Source: Marsupella aquatica
Taxonomy: Eukaryota > Plantae > Marchantiophyta
Length of the DNA stretch: 64,000 nucleotides
Reading direction: 5' to 3'
Assembly (NCBI GenBank): GCA_973895155.1
Contig: OZ316895.1
Coordinates: forward strand, 2,219,659-2,283,658
Position numbers and translations under genes: made by a program. Below the pieces are notes generated by a model. The model saw only the letters and a program-made list of their open reading frames with translations. It was not told the origin of the DNA and ran no database searches. Of the stretch, positions 58,400 to 64,000 are shown piece after piece. The first letter of the stretch is position 1. The number at the start of each line of letters is the position of its first letter.

Positions 58400-59800
58400 C
58401 ACATGCGTTGCAAAATAATTTCTATAGAAATGATGTTGGGCACCAGTGTTGTCTAGAACATAAGTGAGATGGTCAGACAGTAGGACACGGAGGGATGAGT
58501 CATCCTGGTAACTGGATTTGAAAAAGTGTGCGAGCTCTGTGGACAGGACACACTAGCTGGGCATCCATAAGGTGCACTTTCAGGTCCATCTCATGGTTAG
58601 TAAGAAATATCACCATATTTTAATCACCATGTAGGCTCCTAGCCAAAATGATATTCCATACTGAGACCATGAAATAGAAAGAGGGTCATAATTAATGCAT
58701 ACTATACTCTTTAGATATCTACCACAGACAAAACAGGCCAAACCAAGAAAACATCACAAAGGGATTGAAAAGAACTCTTACGTTAGACTACAGTGCCATG
58801 CAAAATAGCACTGGTGGAAGAAGAAGAACCGCTCGACAAAGTGGTTTCTAGGGAATGTCTAAACTCTAAACAATTAACTGAGACAGAGCATAGGACAAAA
58901 TGATCTATTACTGTTACAGGAGGGTCCTGACAGGTGACATCAGCAGAATCGAATGGCGACAGAAAACAAAGATAATTGAGAATTTGAGAGCCTCACCACC
59001 TATCTGCCCCTATATGAAAGACATTTTAGTGGACATAAGCAATGTCATTGCAGGGGCTATGGGGAACTGAACCGAACCTGTATTGATTAATTTGTGTGGT
59101 GGACCTAGCTTAGCAAAATAATATCTGTACCTTACTGACTCTCATTCGCTGGGCCCACTCAAAAGTCGTTTAGCTCGTTCCATTTATAGATTTCTAGACT
59201 AGATAGAGAGGGATAGATAAATGAGAGATACACATTGCTTTGGATCAGAATGTTTTTGTCTATAGTCTTCCAAACCCAGACCATAATTTATTCTCAGGAG
59301 AATCTAAGGGCACCATCATGATATTTTCAGGAGTGACCGAATCAGACAGTGACGATATGTTATTAAAAGCTCCACTCGACGGCAAAATCGAAACTATTCA
59401 TTGTCTTTTGCTCGCTTGATTTTTTGAAGGTTTTTTTCGGGTAATTGGAAAGATGCTAAGAATCTTCTGTATGGGTTTGTTAGATCACTTTTTACAGTCC
59501 CTAGACTTAAGGATAACCCTTAGATTCTGGCAAATGAGCAGTGTTGCTAGGTGGAAAACTGGCAAGATTTGGCCACTAAACGAAAGGCTGTTTACTATGT
59601 CAGCACAGACCATTGTACCATGAAGAGGTTTGCCTGCCTGGGTTTTGAGAATTTCCATGATCTGTTGGGTGGAGACAAAGGAAGAATGAGGATTGAGGAG
59701 CTATTCTAACAAGTGGGGTATATAATGACGGCTTTGGCCTACGTTTGAGCGGACATGATGAATCAGAATGCGTTTAACCAGAGAACTAACTTAAAAACTT
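58400..59800 (-). mobile_element. Older, heavily decayed L1-like reverse transcriptase relic
   Basis: Minus-strand remnants in order: VGQS..IPHLL (cf. RQGxPLSPxLF), CADI (cf. YADD), SGQIL (cf. SGLxIN), an LGV-like segment and a CPVH zinc-knuckle-like end. Confidence 0.4.
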
Positions 59801-60639
59801 GAGTGATGTTTTGAAAGAAACAAAGAAAATCAAATCCTAAGCTCATGCGATAGTGTGAAAGAAGGAGAAGTTATACTACCAAGATCTTAAGTTGTGATAA
59901 GCTCATCCTGGAACTCATTTCAGTTTTTGTTTCGTAGCGGAAACACTCTTTAGTTTAGGGCCATAGGCGACTTTAGTGTGTATATCAGTTTAGGGCAGCC
60001 AGTTTAGGGCGAACAGTGACGGCGAGTGAAGGGCGGCAAGTTTTAGGTCGAGTCTTGAGGCGAGTCCCAGCTGAAACCATGGGACAAACAGGTGATTAGG
60101 CACCGGAATTGCTTGTTAATTTCATTAGGAGTGCTCCCGTGCTCCTTGAGCTCAATGTTGCAGGTCGATGTGCTGGGGCTTAATGTGCTGTGCCTCTCAT
60201 CCCCGTTCTGCTGCCGTTTCTGCTCGCTGTTGCACTCCCTTTTGCTCGGTCCTTCTTGTGCTCGATAGCAATCATGGTGCTTGGACCCCCTGCTCAATGT
60301 TTGGTTGGTTAGTGCATGCTCCGACTCTGCTCTCTGTCTCTTGGTTCACGCTTGAATACTAGAGAGTTTAGAGTTCTGATGGTGGTGCTATATGTCATCA
60401 ACCTGCTCTCGCTGGTAGTCTCCTTGCCCTCTAGCTAGATGCTTGTCGTTGCTGCTTGCTAGATGGTCAATACTTGCTGCTGTTGGATGCTAGTGGCCAA
60501 TCTCCATTATCAGTTGCAGCTGCAGTGGATGATTTAATGTATGGCCTCGGCTGTGCTCATTCCACGGAATGTATTGTGACCACTGTGGATATGATTCCAT
60601 GGCTAACTCTGGACAACCATTTCAATCTGGACTAGATTT

Positions 60640-61445
60640 GTGTCATAACTTTCTCCAGGAGTTTCGGATTTGGGAGTTCTGGATTGATTTGAAAAGATCA
60701 TGGCGAGGCGGTGAAGATCGATATGAATTGCGCCCCAAACGGTCACCGTATGAGCGAGTTACATCAGATTTAATTTTCGCCATTTTTTCACTTTTTCTGT
60801 GCGTTGGGCGATTTCGCGACTCAATTTGGGTTGTAATTTTCTCCGCGATTTTCGGATTTGGGAGTTCTTGACGGCTTTGGAAAGATCTTGGCGAGGCGGT
60901 GAAGATCGATACGACTTGCGCCCCAAACGGTCACCGTATGAGCACATTAAGTCGAATTTAAGTTTCGTCGATTTTTCACTTTTTCTGCGCGTTTGGCGAT
61001 TTGGGCGATTTCGCGACTCAATTTGGGTCGTAACTTTCTCCGGGAGTTTCGGATTTGGGAGTTCTTGACGGCTTTGGAAATATCTTGGCGAGGCGGTGAA
61101 GATTGATACGACTTGCGCCCCAAACGGTCACCCTATGAACGAGTTACATCGGATTTAGGTTTTGCCGTTTTTTCACTTTTTCTAGCGCGTTTGACCATTT
61201 TGGCGATTTCGCGACTCCATTTAGGTCATAACTTTCTCCAGGAGTTTCGGATCTGGGTGTTCTTAACGGCTTTGGAAAGATCTTGGCGAGGCGGTGAAGA
61301 TCGATATGAATTGCGCCCCAAACGGTCACCAATTGAGCGAGTTTCATCAGATTTAGGTTTCGCCGTTTTTTCACATTGGCTGCGCGTTTGGCGATCTTGG
61401 CGTTTCCACGACTCGATTTGGGGCAACGTATGAGCGAGTCACATC
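60640..61445. repeat. ~190-198-bp tandem repeat, about 4 copies
   Basis: GGCGAGGCGGTGAAGAT at 60702, 60890, 61087 and 61285, each followed by TTGCGCCCCAAACGGTCACC. Confidence 0.93.
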
Positions 61446-61747
61446 GGCTCTAGGCCATCGCTTCTCCTCCAATTGGTTGTTGCCTTCGGGAGCTGTTGCC
61501 GCACGCTCAATCTAGAGGGCGGATCTTCACTCGCGTTGACTCCCCAACGGACAGATCGACGGGCGTTTCAGCTTTGTTCCTTACTGTTCCTGCACCTGCT
61601 CAACGGTTTCCTAGGCTAGCGGTGGCGCCGTTTCTCGACCTGATGCGGTGGGCTCTCTCCATCGCCTCCCCTTTCTTTTCACATGCCTCGGTTGGGCCTT
61701 TTGTCGCTTCTTGATGCGTTTTTGCTTTTATCGGGTTGCGGCCTGTC

Positions 61748-64000
61748 ATGTCTACGTTGAGAGTGTTGGCGCGGGGCAAGCGCCCAGCCCCACCCCACAC
61801 TTCTCCCCCGTCCTCCCCTCCCCCTCGTGGCCGTCTTCGTGTTTGCTCTTCTTCACTGGATCTCTCTCCTCTTCGTGATGATCCCATGCCCGATGCTCTG
61901 CCAGTCCCCCCCGTCTACTGCCCACCCCATCGTCGCCCTGGCTCCTCTCCCCACCCCATTCCCCCTCCACCCATTCATCATCCTCCTCCGGCCTCCTCGT
62001 CCACATCTGTTCCACCCCCACCTCCTGTCCAGTCTTTCCCTGCTCCCTCCCCGGACGAGCGTCCCCTGCATACTTGTCCTAACTGTGGATGGGTTGGCAT
62101 CTCCCTCCCTCATCATCGCGGGCGGGGCCGGTGTCATCGTCGCCAGCAAGCACAATCCCAGCCTCAGCCCCCTATTGACCCGGTTAGCTCTGCCCCTCCC
62201 TCCTTGGAGGCTCCCGAGCAGGCATGGCGTTGGGTTCGCACTCTAGACCCCCTTCCAGCCTACCATCCAGGGTACATTAGACCTCGCCTTTATAACCACA
62301 TTCCTCTGGCGCTGCGCCCTATAGTTCGGTCCTCCTTGTTGCAACTCATGCAGCTTATCTTGGCGCATCCTATGGAGGTCTCCTATTGGTCTTTACTGAT
62401 GCTTTTTCCACAGTGGACTCTTACCCTCCCTAGTCATGGTGGTCGTGTGGGTCACCGTGAGACTGCCTCTTGTATCCATCGTTTTTTACGGGGAGATTGG
62501 GAGCAGCTTCAGGAAGAGTACTTTCTTCGCGCCCGGTCTTTTATCGCCCGTGCTTTGTCTGACCCAGCTCGCCACTCTCATCCCCCTGAGCATAGACGTC
62601 TTCGTCGCTCTTGTCGTTTAGCCCAGGCTGGTGAATATCGTCGGGCTGTCCAGGCCCTTTCTCCCACCACACCAGCCCCCCCTGGCGAGGTCACCTCGTT
62701 GGCCCTTCAGGATCTCCATCCGCAGCCCCATGATCAGCTCCCTTTGTTTGTCGAGGATTTTGAGCCTGAGGAGGATCTTCAGTTTAGTAGGGACCACTTC
62801 ACCTATGCCTTCCTCCATGCCCCGCGTTGTTCTGCTGGTGGCCCCTCCGGCTATGTCTTTGAGCATTTTCGTGATTTATTCCCCCCTGAGGATCCTCAGT
62901 TTGGTTTTCCAATTTTCTTCTCCTTTTGCCAGTGTATTGGAGCCGGTCGTTTGCCTCCTCCCGTCTCTCGGCTCTTGAGTGCTTCTCGTTTATTGGCCAT
63001 GGCTAAGTCTTCACCGGGTGTTCGGCCAATTGCTATTGGGGAGGTTTTTCTTCGTCTTGTGTCTCGCACACTTTCCTCACAGTTTCGCTCTGCACTATCG
63101 GATCATCTCTCTCCACATCAATTTGCAGTTGGTGTTCCTGGCGGTTGTGAGACGGTTATTGCGGGTATTCGAGCTACATTGGACCTCCACCCTGATTGGG
63201 TTGTCCTCCAGGTTGATGTCTCTAACGATTTTAATACGGTTTCTCGGGCAGCCATTTTTCGTGCTTTGAGGGCGGCGGATCCAGACATCCAGTCCCTGAT
63301 CCCCTTTGTCCGTTGTTTTTATGGACTCGAGGCCCCACTCTTCTATAGTCATCACTCCTCTACAGGTGTGTATACCACTCTTTCCTCTGCAGAAGGTACA
63401 CGTCAGGGTGACCCTTTGGGTGGGCCTCTTTTTGCCATTGCCCATTTTACAGCTTTACGGGAAGCTGCCATGGCCCACCCCCAGTGTATCTTCCCCTCCC
63501 TTTCAGATGACACCCACATCATTGGTCCTCCTGCCGCGGTTACTTCTGCCCTCGCCACTCTTTCCACCCATTTGATGGGCCTCGGTTTACGAGTTCAGCC
63601 TGTGAAGAGTCGTGCATGGAGTCCAGCTGGGTTACCCTCTGATCTTGTGCTTCCCCCAGGGTTCTTACGTCCAGCCGATGGTCTTCGGGTCCTTGGCTCC
63701 CCAGTCGGTACCGCCTCCTTTTGCTCATCTTTCATCGCTGACTCTATACAGGCTGCCTTAGCCCATACTCCTATGCTCCCTAAGTTAGCAGATTCTCAGG
63801 CAGCATTTGGGATGTTGTTGAGGTGCATCCACCCTCGTGCGTCTTATCTGGCTAGGACGCATCCCCCTACCGAGGATCTTTGTCTCCACCTTCGAGCATT
63901 TGATATCTCCATTCGTCAGACCTTGGCCTCTCTTTTAGGTCCGGGTACGTTGCTCTCATCTCCGTGGCTTCATCGACAACTCAGTCTTCCTATTTCGCAG
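61748..64000 (+). mobile_element. CRE-clade-like non-LTR retrotransposon, single open ORF of about 750 aa truncated by the window end
   Basis: No stop from ATG 61748 to 64000. Pro-rich N-terminus, CPNC-x8-H-x5-C finger, and RT motifs SAGGPSG, GVRPIAIGE, HQFAVGVPGG, DVSNDFN, GTRQGDPLGGPLF, PSLSDDTH and LRVLGSPVG. Confidence 0.9.

Noticed and set aside
60043-60297. Chromodomain remnant of a Ty3/gypsy element (FRCLIT...DSPQDST)
   Set aside because: Similarity is too weak, and I saw no integrase, PPT or LTR beside it.

Overview
Gene-rich nuclear DNA from a land plant, most likely a non-seed plant such as a bryophyte (inferred from a THI1-linked TPP riboswitch and plant-type U1 and tRNA genes). 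Supported genes in order: AATF/Bfr2 (+, single coding exon), a divergent U1 snRNA (+), a large Ser/Pro/Arg-rich orphan gene with a 72-bp repeat (+), RPL37a/eL43 (-, 5 exons, missed by the ORF track), tRNA-Asp(GTC) (-), TenA_E thiamine-salvage gene (+), cyclophilin-E-type RRM gene (-), organellar lysyl-tRNA synthetase (-), BLISTER (+), and THI1 (-) with a TPP aptamer in a 3'-UTR intron. Intergenic space holds decayed CACTA-, Harbinger-, hAT- and L1-like relics, MITE-like foldbacks and tandem arrays. An open CRE-type non-LTR retrotransposon ORF runs off the right end. The most notable signals are the riboswitch/splicing architecture of THI1, G|GCAAGT (GC-AG) donors in both thiamine genes, the U1 variant, the repeat-expanded orphan gene, and the CRE element beside a ~190-bp array. 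All calls were made by eye without database searches. I found no clear proof of a wholly new system.
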